Below the pieces are notes generated by a model. It made no database searches. It was not told the DNA's origin and was given only the letters and a program-made list of their open reading frames with translations. From the NCBI RefSeq assembly GCF_006345805.1, contig NC_043014.1, forward strand, positions 28,954,001 to 29,018,000: a stretch of DNA of 64,000 nt. The letters run 5' to 3'. Positions within the stretch are counted from its first letter, which is position 1. The number at the start of each line of letters is the position of its first letter. The position numbers and the translations under genes are program-made. This DNA is from Octopus sinensis. Its lineage: Eukaryota. Shown one piece after another: positions 25,370 to 38,269 of this stretch.

Positions 25370-25456
25370 TGCAGTACGATCGTTTCATGCAACTCCATTT
25401 GATTGAACAATGCAATCATTGCATCAATTTAAAATGCAGAGCAATCTTCAGCTACA
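25370..25456 (-). ncRNA. Type I hammerhead ribozyme motif, canonical core, extended stem II
   Basis: UGUAG-CUGAAGA-(58-nt stem II region)-GAAAC-GAUC-GUA|CUGCA; stem III is the palindrome ACGAUCGU. Confidence 0.75.
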
Positions 25457-25544
25457 CAAAGACATAGAATTTAATTAAATTGGAACAGATGGACACATTA
25501 GTATAATTATACCTAAAATCACCAAGAGGTTAAGGAGATAGACA

Positions 25545-25810
25545 AAGATCATGCAGTTCTTAATCCAATATATATATTTCAAAATTCCTACTTTGTTTTC
25601 CACACAGTAACTTGCCTAGGTTGAATTATAAAATTATTGTAAAATGTAGAAGAACGAAACCTATATGCTTCTTGCAATATATATATCTAAAGCAACATTT
25701 TTTTCTTTCTATTGTGAGTACCCAATTTACTATTTTGCTCGCATGGACCCCACAGAATCTTAAATGAAGCCCCAGAGCTCATATGGACCTAGGTTGAGAA
25801 CCATTGGATT
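25545..25810. mobile_element. Possible hAT/Charlie-like MITE
   Basis: Left end cag..ttcttaatcc, right end ggttgagaaccattg; degenerate. Confidence 0.35.
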
Positions 25811-25857
25811 AGATGATAAACGCACACTAGTCTCTGTCGCACAGACTCGGGGGGCGA

Positions 25858-26245
25858 TGTCCCATTTCAATCCGAATATTTCTATTTCCAGCGAGTCTTA
25901 CCTTTGCCATAAGCTTCAAACAATTCGCAAGGGCAAACGGTTTCAGTTGCCGGTTTAATAATTGAAGAGCCCTGCTTCACTGATGGTTGGTTTTATGTTC
26001 AATATTCAAGAGTTGGAAGTTAGAAAAAAACTTCACATCTATGCACTAAATAGAAAACCCCAAACCTGCGTTTATCGTGACATTATAAATCCCAAATAAT
26101 GCAGATGAGCGTCCTAATCAAGATTCCTCTCCGTCGGGAAAGACATGGTCTGGCACAGAATAAAATAAAAAAAATTTTTTTTAAACATTGAAATAAAGGT
26201 ATTCTGTTATGAAACTTGCCCGGCAACGACAAGCTACTCAGTAAT
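25858..26245 (+). mobile_element. Helitron 3' remnant with PIF1 helicase C-terminus
   Basis: PFQ...SQGQTVSVAGLIIEEPCFTDGWFYVQYSRVGS resembles the PIF1 motif SQGQT..G..L..PCFSHGQLYVA.SRV; decayed cccggcaacg end at about 26220. Confidence 0.7.
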
Positions 26246-26364
26246 TATTAACGGTATCGATTTTTATTTTTCGTTTTCAAAGGTACACATTTTCAATGTT
26301 GATATTTTTTAGCTCATTACATTATGCATGTATATATACATATACATACATACATATATATATG

Positions 26365-26443
<79 letters not shown>

Positions 26444-26770
26444 TGGATACAATTCACCCAACAAGAACTCACTACTTGAACAAAACTTGACTCGAATAAT
26501 CCTATCAGGTGGTGCTATTAAGTTAGACATGGCCTGGACCAATCTCTGGTCGAAACATATCTAAGTTTATCTAAGTTTATATATAAATATGTATGTATAG
26601 TGTGTGTGTATGTGTGTGTGCGTGTGTGTGTGTGTGTGTGTGTGCGCGTGTGTGTGTGTGTGTGTGTGCGCGCGTATGAGCCTGTGTATGCATGTGTGTA
26701 TGTATGTGCCTGTATTAGTTCTAGAAAACAAATGTTGGAAATTCGCAAAGCTAACGTCTATGGGACTTAC

Positions 26771-26844
26771 ACTTCACAACTTGTCCCTAGCCTGCCACTA
26801 TTCATAGACAAGTCACTTTGCTGTCTTCCACTCTGTCTACCAGT
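26771..26844 (-). CDS. Candidate exon, unknown protein (TGRQSGRQQSDLSMNSGRLGTSCE)
   Basis: cctattttcag acceptor, AGT|gtaagt donor, one open frame. Confidence 0.3.
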
Positions 26845-27499
26845 CTGAAAATAGGTATTAAAGTATGGTATTACATTTCAGGCTATAAACAGGGGCAACC
26901 TTGAATATTAAGCAACTCGCGTTAAAATGCAGCACTAAGTTTAACTGTTGCCGTAGAGAAATAGGATATATTGCCGCAATTTAGCATTATTAGAGATATA
27001 ATAACGACTTTCCAGGCACGGATGATCCAGGGCCTCTAATAATCAGCACTGAATTACATTAATATACGGGTACCAGTATTTCGTTGAATTATTTAATCAA
27101 ATTTAATATTTATTTAATATCAAAGTGAGTTAACCAAGGTGATCAACCCTCGTAAAGAAACATTAATAATCCAGAAAAGCCTTGGATACGAAGGGTCCAG
27201 AAAATCGATGTAGTACCTATATGTCGTGTGTATTTGTAAATGTGATACATACATCTTTGTGTGTGTGTGTGCATGTATGTGCGTATGTGTGTTTGTACAT
27301 TCATGTAGGTATATGTGCTTGTGTGTGTGTGTTTGTACATCCATGCATTTATATGTGTTCGTGTTTGTGTGTGTGTGTGAATGTGTGTGAATGTGAGAAA
27401 TATTCGGGGAGAAAAGCTGGAAAGAGACCACAGACGGAGAAACAAATCGTGCCAATATGCTTTACCCCACCAGCAAAACTAACACTTCACTTCACCTAT

Positions 27500-27745
27500 T
27501 TATTTTATTTCTTATTTCTTTACTGCCCACAAGGGGCTAAACATAGAGGGGACAAACAAGGACAGACAAATGGATTAAGTCGATTATATATCGACCGCAG
27601 TGAGTAACTGGTACTTAATTTATCGACCCCGAAAGGATGAAAGGCAAAGTCGACCCCGGCGGAATTTGAACTCAGAACGTAGCGGCAGAAGAAATACCGC
27701 TAAGCATGTCGCCCGGCGTGCTAACGTTTCTGCCAGCTCACCTAT
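27500..27745 (-). mobile_element. SINE family B, near full length
   Basis: High identity to 29190-29420. Confidence 0.9.
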
Positions 27746-28258
27746 TTATCTTGATAGATGAGCACAAAACGAGAATCACACGGTTTTCTACACTCATACA
27801 ACCAACATGCAGCACATGATTTTTTCTACTAGGAACACAAGGCCTGAAATTTGGGGGCGGAGACTAGTCGATTATATTGACTCCAGTGTTCAGCTAGCAC
27901 TTATTTTATCGACTGCGAAAAAATGAAATACAAGGTCAAATTTGGCGGAATTTGAAATCAGAACGTAAAGACTGACGAAATGCTTTGCGACATGTGTTTG
28001 CTAACAGTTCGGCGAGCACGCTGCTTTAATAATAATATGCATAAGATCACATATTTGGGACAAGGTACTGTCGATCAAAGCAAACACACCCACGTATAAA
28101 ATGCACTCTTGTTGATATCACTAGTGGGGAAACAAAAATCCCCGCTTCCTCCAGCTCACAAACCAGCAGATCATGTGATTTCGACTTTCCTTGGTCTTGT
28201 TAATTATAGATTCTCGACCGCTAGAGCCAGCAGTGATTTATCCCCACCGCCAGTCATA

Positions 28259-28807
28259 TCTCTTATATAAAATCCGTTCCGTCTGTCTGTGTGTCTTCTC
28301 AAATCTCGGGCATCCTCCATCCGATTGCACTCAAATTTGATATGTAGATACCGACGGTATCAGGGCGTGTATAAGTCTTGAAAAAATTACAAAAATCGAT
28401 TCCAGGTGGGATTACGATCGATAAAACCGTTTTTATCCTGCTTTTCTTCCGTCAACCTATACATAACTGCACCTTCCATTTTTTTGTTGTTTTTGTACTG
28501 CTTAAAGACATGTTCTTTCCTTCCAAGCTTACTGTTTAAACCATGTTTGTGTTCTCCCAGTCAACAGCCCTATCATTACTGGTACTTTAAACTCTTCGGT
28601 TGCATATTTGTGCGAATAAAATCGTTTTTCTTTGGAATAGAAAAAAAGTCTATCTTTATTTCTTCTTTTGCTGGTGTCTCAAATTTAGGTTAAATCAGTG
28701 TTTCTCAAAGGATGGGGCTATGTGACGGTCGGACAAGTTGTTTTGAGAAAATTTGGTTTAAATGTTTGACAACTCAGCACCGTCCATTGGACGGTGGCGT
28801 TTTGCTC

Positions 28808-28808
<1 letters not shown>
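28259..28808 (+). mobile_element. Non-autonomous Helitron
   Basis: A|TC 5' end; perfect hairpin caccgtcca-t-tggacggtg (28778-28796) then CTCG|T terminus. Confidence 0.75.
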
Positions 28809-28844
<36 letters not shown>

Positions 28845-29189
28845 CAGTGTCAGAACAGGCCAGTGTGAGAATTTCTCTCCTGGTAGTTACCGTAGCATAG
28901 TTCTTTTCTAACAGAATCTCCACGTTTAAGTGGGGATAAATATTACCTCTTTGTATTAATACTGCATCTGTCGTTAGAAATATAAATATATATATATTCC
29001 TTAATTCCTTACTTAATATTTAGATTGTTATTCGCATATCCAGCAACACGTGTTACCAACCTTGAAGTATGAAATAATTCTTTTCAGCTCATCGTACTTC
29101 GATACGGGAAAAATTCACAACCTTCTTCCATTAAACTACTATTGTTCCTGAAATCTGTTTTATATATTTTCTAAAAATATATAAAAAAA

Positions 29190-29420
29190 GGGCGGCGAGC
29201 TGGCAGAAACGTTAGCATGCCGGGCAAAATGCGTAGCCGTATTTCGTCTGTCGTTACGTTCCGAGTTCAAATTCCGCCGAGGTCGACTTTGCCTTTCATC
29301 CTTTCGGGGTCGTTAAATTAAGTACCAGTTACATACTGGGGTTGATGTAATCGACTTAATCCCTTTGTCTGTCCTTGTTTGTCCCCTCTGTGTTTAGCCC
29401 CTTGTGGGTAGTTAAGAAAT
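29190..29420 (+). mobile_element. SINE family B, full length
   Basis: ggcggcgagctggcagaaacgttagc A-box region, gagttcaaattcc B-box, central gcctttcatcctttcggggtcg block resembling the MetaSINE domain (from memory). Confidence 0.9.
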
Positions 29421-30031
29421 ATATATATTTTCTAAAAACTGCTTGAAGCTCAGTTACTTCCTACACCTTGATCCTTGGATCTTACATTTATATACCAGTG
29501 TGTGTGTTACTTTTTATAAACCTACTTCGTTGGTTTAACTATTTCCCGTACATTGAAATAAATAACGAACACCTTATTGGGTTCTCATCACAGATGTCTC
29601 CATCATTTGACGAATCCCAGAGAGACAAGTAGCCAATTTGATTATATACACAACAAATACAGTAGCTTCAGCGAAGTTTAGCACATCGTAAGAGTTTAAC
29701 ACGTTACTGAATATCAGTGGGCTGTCAACGAGTACCTCAGTCCATATCACATATCACATATGCATATCACATATGCAAACTTACGTACTCGTGCCCTTAA
29801 CATAGAATATCATTGTTTCACCTCTAAACCTTATGCGTGAACTTTGGTAGACGTTTAAGCGTAGAAACCCGTCGGATGGTCTTTATCTGTACTTCAAGGG
29901 ATCAGCTTTGTTACATTTGAGACACTTTGATGACTCGACCATGGCCGATGCTAACTCAAGGAATAAGTCGTTCACTTGATCGAACAACTGCACTGCTCAT
30001 TCTTCAAAATGGACGGGAAAGTCCATATACG

Positions 30032-30081
<50 letters not shown>

Positions 30082-30361
30082 AACAAAAGCCTGGAACATT
30101 TTGGTATCATTTATTCCATATTACGTATGTTTCTTTACCAATAACAGTTACATGGGTATGCTTGTAGATAAACACATAAGAAAACTCCTTTCAGCAATTC
30201 ATCAGAGTATTTAACAGTGTTCTCCAGTGTTTTCCACTCTATTGTGTATAATAAAATCTAAAGATATACTCTGGAGGACTGGAAGATGCAGATGTTCTTC
30301 ATATATGCATATGTATTTGTGTGTGTGTGTGTGTGTATACATGTGTTCATACACACACACA

Positions 30362-30873
30362 TCTATATATATAAAACTGTAGTTGTGTGAGTGTCTGTCC
30401 CCTTCGATTTAGATTCCTAACTACTCCCACATTTTGCGGTGCAGTTTAACCAAATTCGGGTATCTTATAGTCGTGATTCATATCGAGCCCGTCTGAGTAA
30501 TAGCGCGCGTCTACGATGAGTCTACGATTTAAAAAATAATTTAACATCATTTTTTATTCCATTTTAATGCATATTTTTCGTGTGTCGATGGCGGCGGAGT
30601 TGGCGTCCATGGTCACACCTGCACCTGTTTGCTTCTCCCCCTTCTTCCCTCCCTCGTGAAGCTGTGGGGAAGGGAGTTTAAGGAAATCAACGTCGTAAAG
30701 CGTTGTCAAGGAGACCAGCGTTCTTTTAGAACAACGACTTCATGGCTTGAAGACACCAAAACAGAAATGGCTAAGAAAGCCCAAATTGGCATCTATAAGG
30801 GAAGTAACTCTCTAAAAATGCTTATATAGTTATTTCCCTTACAAACCCGAGCAACGCCGGGCGATACTGCTAG
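30362..30873 (+). mobile_element. Young non-autonomous Helitron, copy 1
   Basis: A|TC start, cccgagcaacgccggg hairpin, CTAG|T end; near-identical to 51416-51928. Confidence 0.9.
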
Positions 30874-30899
30874 TATATATATACATGTGTACGTACATG

Positions 30900-31540
30900 T
30901 ACATATATATCACTTTTCTTTTTCTCGCTCACTCTCTGTCACATTTCTTGGCCTTCCCTTCATTCTCACTTTCCCTCTTCTTTTACCTCATTCTGTCCCT
31001 TTCCTTCCTTTTTCTCTCTTTCTCGTATCTCCCTAATTCTTCAATCCCTCTGCCCCTACCTCTCTCCTCTTCTTCCACGTGACCGGTGTTCCGCCAAGCC
31101 TGACCTTTCTTTCATGGTTCGACTATCATCCGTAATGCATCTCTTTTATTCCTGCCCCTGACTTTCCTCTCTTATGTTCTTCCACACACGCCAGCATAAT
31201 TTAATTCGTCCTTAGACAAAAAGCACCTGTTGTTTGTATTTGTAATTGCGTACCATTTCTCCGATTTTTTCGTCCTTGTTTTCGTATACATTCGCTTGCT
31301 TTCTTCCAAGGAATTTAGTGCTCTTAGGTTAGATTTTCTTGGGGCCGGCGAAATTGGAGCAGTCCCGAGTTTAACCGGCCGAAACTGCAAAACGATATGG
31401 AACTCGACTGAGGATAGGAAGCTCCGAATGACCCGTCCTTTTTTTCCTGTCCTTTTATGTATCGTCTAACTGTGCGGATGTTTTGTTGTCGCCTGTTATG
31501 CTTTTGTTCCATTCTTTGTTTTCTTTATGCGTGTGTGTGT
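30900..31540 (+). mobile_element. Penelope-like remnant (family shared with 42520-42800)
   Basis: Shared block ttggagcagtc.cgagt...gccgaaac...aactcgactga.ga...gaatgacc.gtcctt. Confidence 0.55.
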
Positions 31541-31820
31541 GTGTGTGTCTGTGTGTGTGTCTGTGTGTGTGTGTGTGTATGTATGTGTTTATATCTACGT
31601 ATGTTTGTAGAGGCGCATGATTTACTGGTAAGTGTGTCTCATTCATCATGATAAGAGTGTAGTTTCGAGTCCTTGACCGGGTGATGTCTTGCGTTCTTAA
31701 TCTGGCAAAATGAGTAACCCTCCAACGGACCGGCGTCCTATCTCGGGAAAAATACATACGCCACAGAAACCGGCCTTATGAGCCCAATACTTCGAGGAGA
31801 ATCTTTGATCCTTTTTCTTT

Positions 31821-31852
<32 letters not shown>

Positions 31853-31866
31853 ATATATGTGTGTGA

Positions 31867-31912
<46 letters not shown>

Positions 31913-32255
31913 ATATATATATATATATATAAGTGGTGTAAATCAAAATACAGTCTCACTGCTCTGAGAAACTGGTCGAAGTAATGTTTGCTTTGAGTTT
32001 CACTGCTCTCTAGTGGTTGTCACAGCATCACCCATATCTTTCCATTTTAAATATAGACAAACATTTCCTCACTCAAATGACATAATAATCCATCTTACAC
32101 ATGGGCAATTTGAAGGAACATATGTCAAAAGAGACGCAATAATGAACCCTTTACAAAAAATTTGTTATTGGTTTTACTGAGTCTAAGATAATCTGGTCCT
32201 AAATAATCTTTTCTACTATAGACACAAGGCCTGAAATTTTGTCGATCACAGTTGT

Positions 32256-32705
32256 TTGACTTGACTTGACTTGAGACAGCATTCACCCGGGGTGGGTTGA
32301 GCTGGCTTTATTCATCCTCAATGCCCTATCTCTCACAAACGCCGACCAGGCCTGGCGATTTGAGGCTAACGACCGCGTGATCTCCAACCACTCCTTATTC
32401 CAGCGGCGAACGACGTAGACATGGGGGCCTAGGTTGGCTTCAAGATCAATCTTGACTGTCATCAGCCAGGTTTTTCGTTATCTACCACATCGCTTTCACC
32501 AACCCTGAAGGGGAGCTGGGGCAATTGCTTCGTAGATGAATTCTCCTGGTTGACGACGGAAGGCATGACCCAGCCAACGCAGACGTCTCGTTGGGATGAC
32601 TTGTCGGAGGGAGGTGATTTTGCATGTGTGTCGCACCGAATTGTTGGAGACAAAGTGATGCCATCGGACACGAAGGATGCGGCGTAGACAGAGGTGATCG
32701 AAGGA
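32256..32705 (-). mobile_element. RTE-like LINE 3' end with (CAAGT)n tail
   Basis: FDHLCLRRILRVRWHHFVSN...RRLRWLGHAFRR...KTWLMTVKIDLE..LGPHVY.VRRWNKEW...ASNRQAWSAFVRD, then AATAAA and (caagt) repeats. Confidence 0.85.
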
Positions 32706-34376
32706 TTCTAGTCGTTTAACAACTTAACAGTTCTTAAGTGATACTATAGTTTTATCGACTCCGAAAGTTGAAAGGCAAAATCGACCTCGGTGGAATCTGA
32801 ATCTGGCTAAGGAATTATAACTGGGGCAACGACAAAACATGGATCACTTTAATTATTATTCCCAATACAATATTTCTAAATAGGGACCATGTGTGTCGAT
32901 CAATTCTGGTGCATATCTTTATAAAATGTATATCACTCGACGATAAACGATACAGAAGAAGCGTTATGCGATTGAGAAGTTGCTCAATAAACAAATTTCA
33001 TAATAGAATAGTTATCGATTTCGTATATTGGTGCATCTAAAAACGTTTTGTTTAACACCAGTTCCACGAGCTAACGAGGAAATCACTACACGATCAATAG
33101 ACAATCTAGAAAAACAACCAAAATTGATTCTGAAGAAGGAAAAGAAAAGTCAACCGTAGAAGAATTTGAACTCAGAATGTAAATGGATAAAAACAAAATA
33201 CAAGACCTCTTAATTTAGCGCTTCTATTTACGTATCTATAATTATGCCATTCCAAGAGCGGGGTTAATGGGCCAGAGATTAATAGTATGCCTGTCGAGTT
33301 TGCAAACTGATCTCCATTCCCATCTTTGATGTTGTTTCAAAACAAATTCTCTAGATAGATTATGTATTTGGCTTACTTTATTCACAAGTTCGAATGTAAC
33401 AGGAAGTTGGGATATAAAACTTAGCCGGTCCTCTTCAGAAGTGCGTTACATTCATTCTGATTCACTTGAAAAATGAAGACTCTCTGAAAAAAAAAATAAT
33501 GAGGATACATTTTAAATAGTCAATAATAAATACAACTACATTTTTATCTAATCAAAATATTCATGGTGTTTTTTTCATAGAAATATAAATAAAAGTTGAC
33601 TTTCGTTACATAATAGTTCACCATTTGACTTGACAAAGGATTATAGCAGTTAAATGCCAGTCTCTGAAATCACAACCTACCGTCGGGACGACCAGAGAAA
33701 CTAAGTATTGTGCCTGAAGGAAGAATGATATGGACTAACAAGGCTAACCCGGAGTTAAACAATAACAACAGCAATAAATAACGGAAAGTTTCCTGCTGAA
33801 TACTCTGCCGATTCTGCCATTCACAGGAATTGGAAATAAAAAATTTTAACCTTGGCACAGGGCTGCAGATTTAAAGATTAACAACTTGAGAATTTAGTAT
33901 GAAATTATCGACTACGAACAGCAATGGAAATGTATGTTGATCCAAGAGAAATCTGAACTTAGAAAGTGCAGATATATTGTTAAACACTTCAAATGTAAAA
34001 TCCAGAATACGATGAAACAATAGAAATAAAATGCAATACAATTGGTAGCTATCAAATGTAGTTGCCATAGAGAATGATAAAACTCAGACACCAGCCATTA
34101 CTTGACCAATATACGAAATCGATACCTGTTCTATTATGAATAGAGCTTCGTGAGTGGATTTCGTAGGCGGAAACTGAAAGAAGCTCATCGTAAATATATT
34201 CTTTTATTCTTTTACTTGTTTCAGTCATTTGACTTCGGCCATGCTGGAGCACCGCCTTTAGTCGAACAGATCGACCTCAAGACTTATTTTTTGTAATACA
34301 GTTCTATATTTAAGAAATGAGAATTATTTACATTATTTACATTTGACGTATATTTGTCCTCATTTTGTTTGTTGTT

Positions 34377-34422
34377 AACACAACGTTTCGGCTAATATAT
34401 CCTCCAGCCTTCATCAGGTGTC
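34377..34422 (-). ncRNA. Minimal type I hammerhead ribozyme motif, canonical CUGAUGA core
   Basis: GACAC-CUGAUGA-A-GGCUGG(aggauaua)UUAGCC-GAAAC-GUU|GUGUU. Confidence 0.75.
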
Positions 34423-34920
34423 TTGGGGAAATTTCGAACCTGGGTTCTCATTCCAAAGTTACTTTTCGATATTATTATTGCCTAAGGCTATGGTATAGAA
34501 GACACCCAAGGTACCACGCAGTGGGACTAAACCCAGAACCATGTGGTTGGAAAACAAGCTTCTTACCACACAGCCACACCTGTGCCTGTGTGTGTGTGTC
34601 TTCCTGTCTGTGTTTCTCTTCCGCCAACACTAGTCAACCAGTGGTGGTATGTTTACGTTTCTGTAACTTAGCGGTTCGGGAAAAGAGCCCGATGGAGTAA
34701 GTACAAGGCTTACGAAGAAAATAACTACTGATGTCGACTTATTTGAACAAAAATTCCTCAAAGAGGTGCCCCAGCCTGACCGCACTCTTATGGCTAAAAT
34801 GAAGAAAAGATAAAAGATAAATCATATATATATATATATATATATATAATCAAAATAAGCAACAAGAATGACTCCGGAAATTTGGTACGATCGTTTCGTA
34901 CTACATATATATATCGTTTC

Positions 34921-34959
<39 letters not shown>

Positions 34960-35588
34960 TTATTATACATACATAAATAAGTCGATTACTTATCTCCTCT
35001 CTTGAAATTTCTGGCCTTGTGTCAATACATTATTTTATATACTTATGAAATATACATGTTTATATTATCGTTATCTTTTATTTGTTCTCGTCATTAGACT
35101 GTGGCCATACTGGGGCACCGCCTATGAGGTTCTAATCGAAGGAAACGATCACACTACTTATTTTTATTATCAAGGTGGTAATTTCCATATTGTTCTGATT
35201 TGAAGAACCTCTAGGTTAGAAAAAAGTAAACAAACCACCACCGGTTGTCAAGCGGTGGTGGGGGACAAGCAGAAACACAAAATCACACAACCATCTCTCT
35301 CTCTCTTTCCCTTTATACATACAGAGAGAGAGAGAGAGAGAAAAAAAGAGACCGAGAAAGAGAGAGAAAGTGACTGGGAGAGGGAGCGAGAGAGAGAGAG
35401 AGAGAGGGGGAGAGAAAGATGTAGCAGATAGCATTTGCAGAAGATGCCACACAGTAGACCAGAACTCGGAACCAATTGTTTGGGAACACACTTTTTAACA
35501 CATAACCATGTTATACGTGTGTGTGAAAGCGTGGTGTGTATGCACATAAATGGATACAAACTAACGTACATTTAATGTGTGTGTGTGT

Positions 35589-35624
<36 letters not shown>

Positions 35625-35739
35625 TGTGTGTATGCATATGTTGGGCTAAAAAGTCACATTCGATCACAGCACCAATAACAATTAAGCTTCGTGCAATGGC
35701 CATACTCGATAACGAGGGGGAAGCCATCATATGCATACG

Positions 35740-35928
35740 TGCAAGAGTGGCTGTGTGGTAAGTAGCTTGTTTACCAACCACATGGTTCCGGGTTCAATCC
35801 CACTGCGTGTCTTCTACTATAGCCCCGGGCCGACCAATGCCTTGTGAGTAGATTTGGTAGACGTAACTGAAAGAAGCCTGTCGTATATGTGTATATATAT
35901 ATATATATATTTATGTATACATATAGGT

Positions 35929-35963
<35 letters not shown>

Positions 35964-36140
35964 TTGTGTGTCTGTGTTTGTCCCCCTGGTTGACAACCGA
36001 TGCTTGTGTGTTTATGTCCCCGTTACTTAGCGGTTCGGCAAAAGAGACCGATAGAATAAGTACTAGGCTTACAAAAGATTAAAAGGCGGTGCTCCAGCAT
36101 GGCCGCATTCAAATGACTGAAACAAGTAAAAGAGTAAAAG
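35740..36140 (+). mobile_element. SINE family A, full length
   Basis: Head, internal (TA)/(TG)n, body and tail. Confidence 0.9.
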
Positions 36141-36804
36141 AGTATACTTATATGCGTGTGTGTGTGTGTGTATATACAAATACATGTGTACATATACGTG
36201 TGAGTATATATATTTTATATACCATGTTTATTGAATCATACCAGTTATTATACATTGTATTGTATGTAGGGTGGTATTGTATTCTTCTTTCCTTTTAAAC
36301 TGTTTCATCTTTTCCCACTTTACATACATACAAACACACACACACTCATACATGCAGAGGCGCATGCACATTGGTTCCTGTGTTTCATGTGTGTATGCAT
36401 GCCGTCGTGTATATTTATGTATACATGCACATAAGTGTATGCAAGTATTTATATATACGTGTGTATATGATTGTGCATACATACATACATATATATATGC
36501 ATACATACACACACACACACAAACGCGCATATATATACATAGGTATATATATATATATGTGTGTGTGTGTATGTGTGTGTGTGTTGTCCCCCAACATCGC
36601 TTGACAACCGATGCTGGTGTGTTTACGTCCTCGTTACATAGAGGCCGATAGAATAAGTACTAGGCTTACAAAGAATAAGTCCTGGGGTCGATTTGCTCGA
36701 CTACAGGCGGTGCTCCAGCATGGCCGCAGTCAAATGACTGAAACAAGTAGAAGAGTAAGATAGGGTAAAAGAGAGTACACATACTCACACACACACACAT
36801 ATAA

Positions 36805-36868
<64 letters not shown>

Positions 36869-36893
36869 GTATATACATATGTGTACATATAGG

Positions 36894-36929
<36 letters not shown>

Positions 36930-37787
36930 ATATATATATATATATGTATGTATGTATATTCATTTGACATGTAATATATAACCTGTATACATGTGAGTGC
37001 GCGCGCGCTTGTGGGTGTATGGAGTGGGAGTTATGGAGTAAGCGAGAAGCTGAAAGATCAACTTATATATAGAGAGAAGATAGAAATGAAAACTCAAAAG
37101 CATATAAAAAAAATAAAAGGGAAATAAAGAATATATAGATAGCAAAGCAAAATGAATGACTACAGATAATCAATATGGCGGTGATCTTGAGATGATGGCG
37201 GGCAAACGGAAGTATGGATAAAGGTGAGAAGAAAGAGAGAATCGAAGGTTAAATAGGGAGATACGGCAGTAGAAGGAGGAGGAGGAGGAGAAGAAGAGGA
37301 AAGAAGAAGAAGAAGAAGAAGAAGAAGAAGAGGGAGGGTAAATGCTATAAAGAGAGTGTGAAAGAATTAAAGCGAGAAATGAGGAGAGAATGAGAGAAGT
37401 GGGTGAAAGAAAGATTCATGAGTGAGAGGAAAATGGGTGCGACATCGACTGAGAGAGATAGGAGCTAGAAACAGCTATTTATATAGTGGGTGACTGATAG
37501 AGACAGAAATGGAAAGATAGATAGACAGAGAGAAGACAGGAACAGGCAGACAGATTCCCAGAGAATGAGAGTAAGAGAGTGGAGTGGGTTATGTCAACAA
37601 GATCCGTTATCATTGCTGCTGACACATTTTCCCGCTTAATATCTACAGAAATACTTAACCGTCTGCTTCGACATGGCGTTGTCGTCTGCTGTCTAGCATT
37701 TATTCTGCCGAATGGAAAAATGACTCCCACCCCCACTGAAAAATAAAACCTTTAAACAAATTTTGTGTGCATATATATATATATATA

Positions 37788-37865
<78 letters not shown>

Positions 37866-37891
37866 GCACGCAAAATTTAGATAGATAGATT

Positions 37892-37931
<40 letters not shown>

Positions 37932-37993
37932 CATACATACATACATACATACATACATACATACATACATACATACATACATACATACGTACA

Positions 37994-38025
<32 letters not shown>

Positions 38026-38136
38026 AACATACAGTGACAGATATAGTTATATACACATGCACATATATATGCTATGTATATATATGTGTGTGTGTGCTTA
38101 TGTGTGTATTTATATATGTATATATAAATATGTATT

Positions 38137-38192
<56 letters not shown>

Positions 38193-38269
38193 CATATATG
38201 TCTTTACGCATACACACATAAACATCCATATACGTATACATATCTGTATAGTCGAACGTCTCCTTTCGT

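Noticed and set aside
26105-26165. Terminal exon DERPNQDSSPSGKTWSGTE* with AATAAA
   Set aside because: Lies between the Helitron PIF1 remnant and the Helitron 3' end, so it is more likely element sequence
30629-30829. 66-aa ORF conserved at 51460-51723
   Set aside because: Conservation is explained by two recent copies of one Helitron
32440-32480. CTGATGA on the minus strand as a hammerhead core
   Set aside because: Inside RTE coding sequence, with no GAAA or stems
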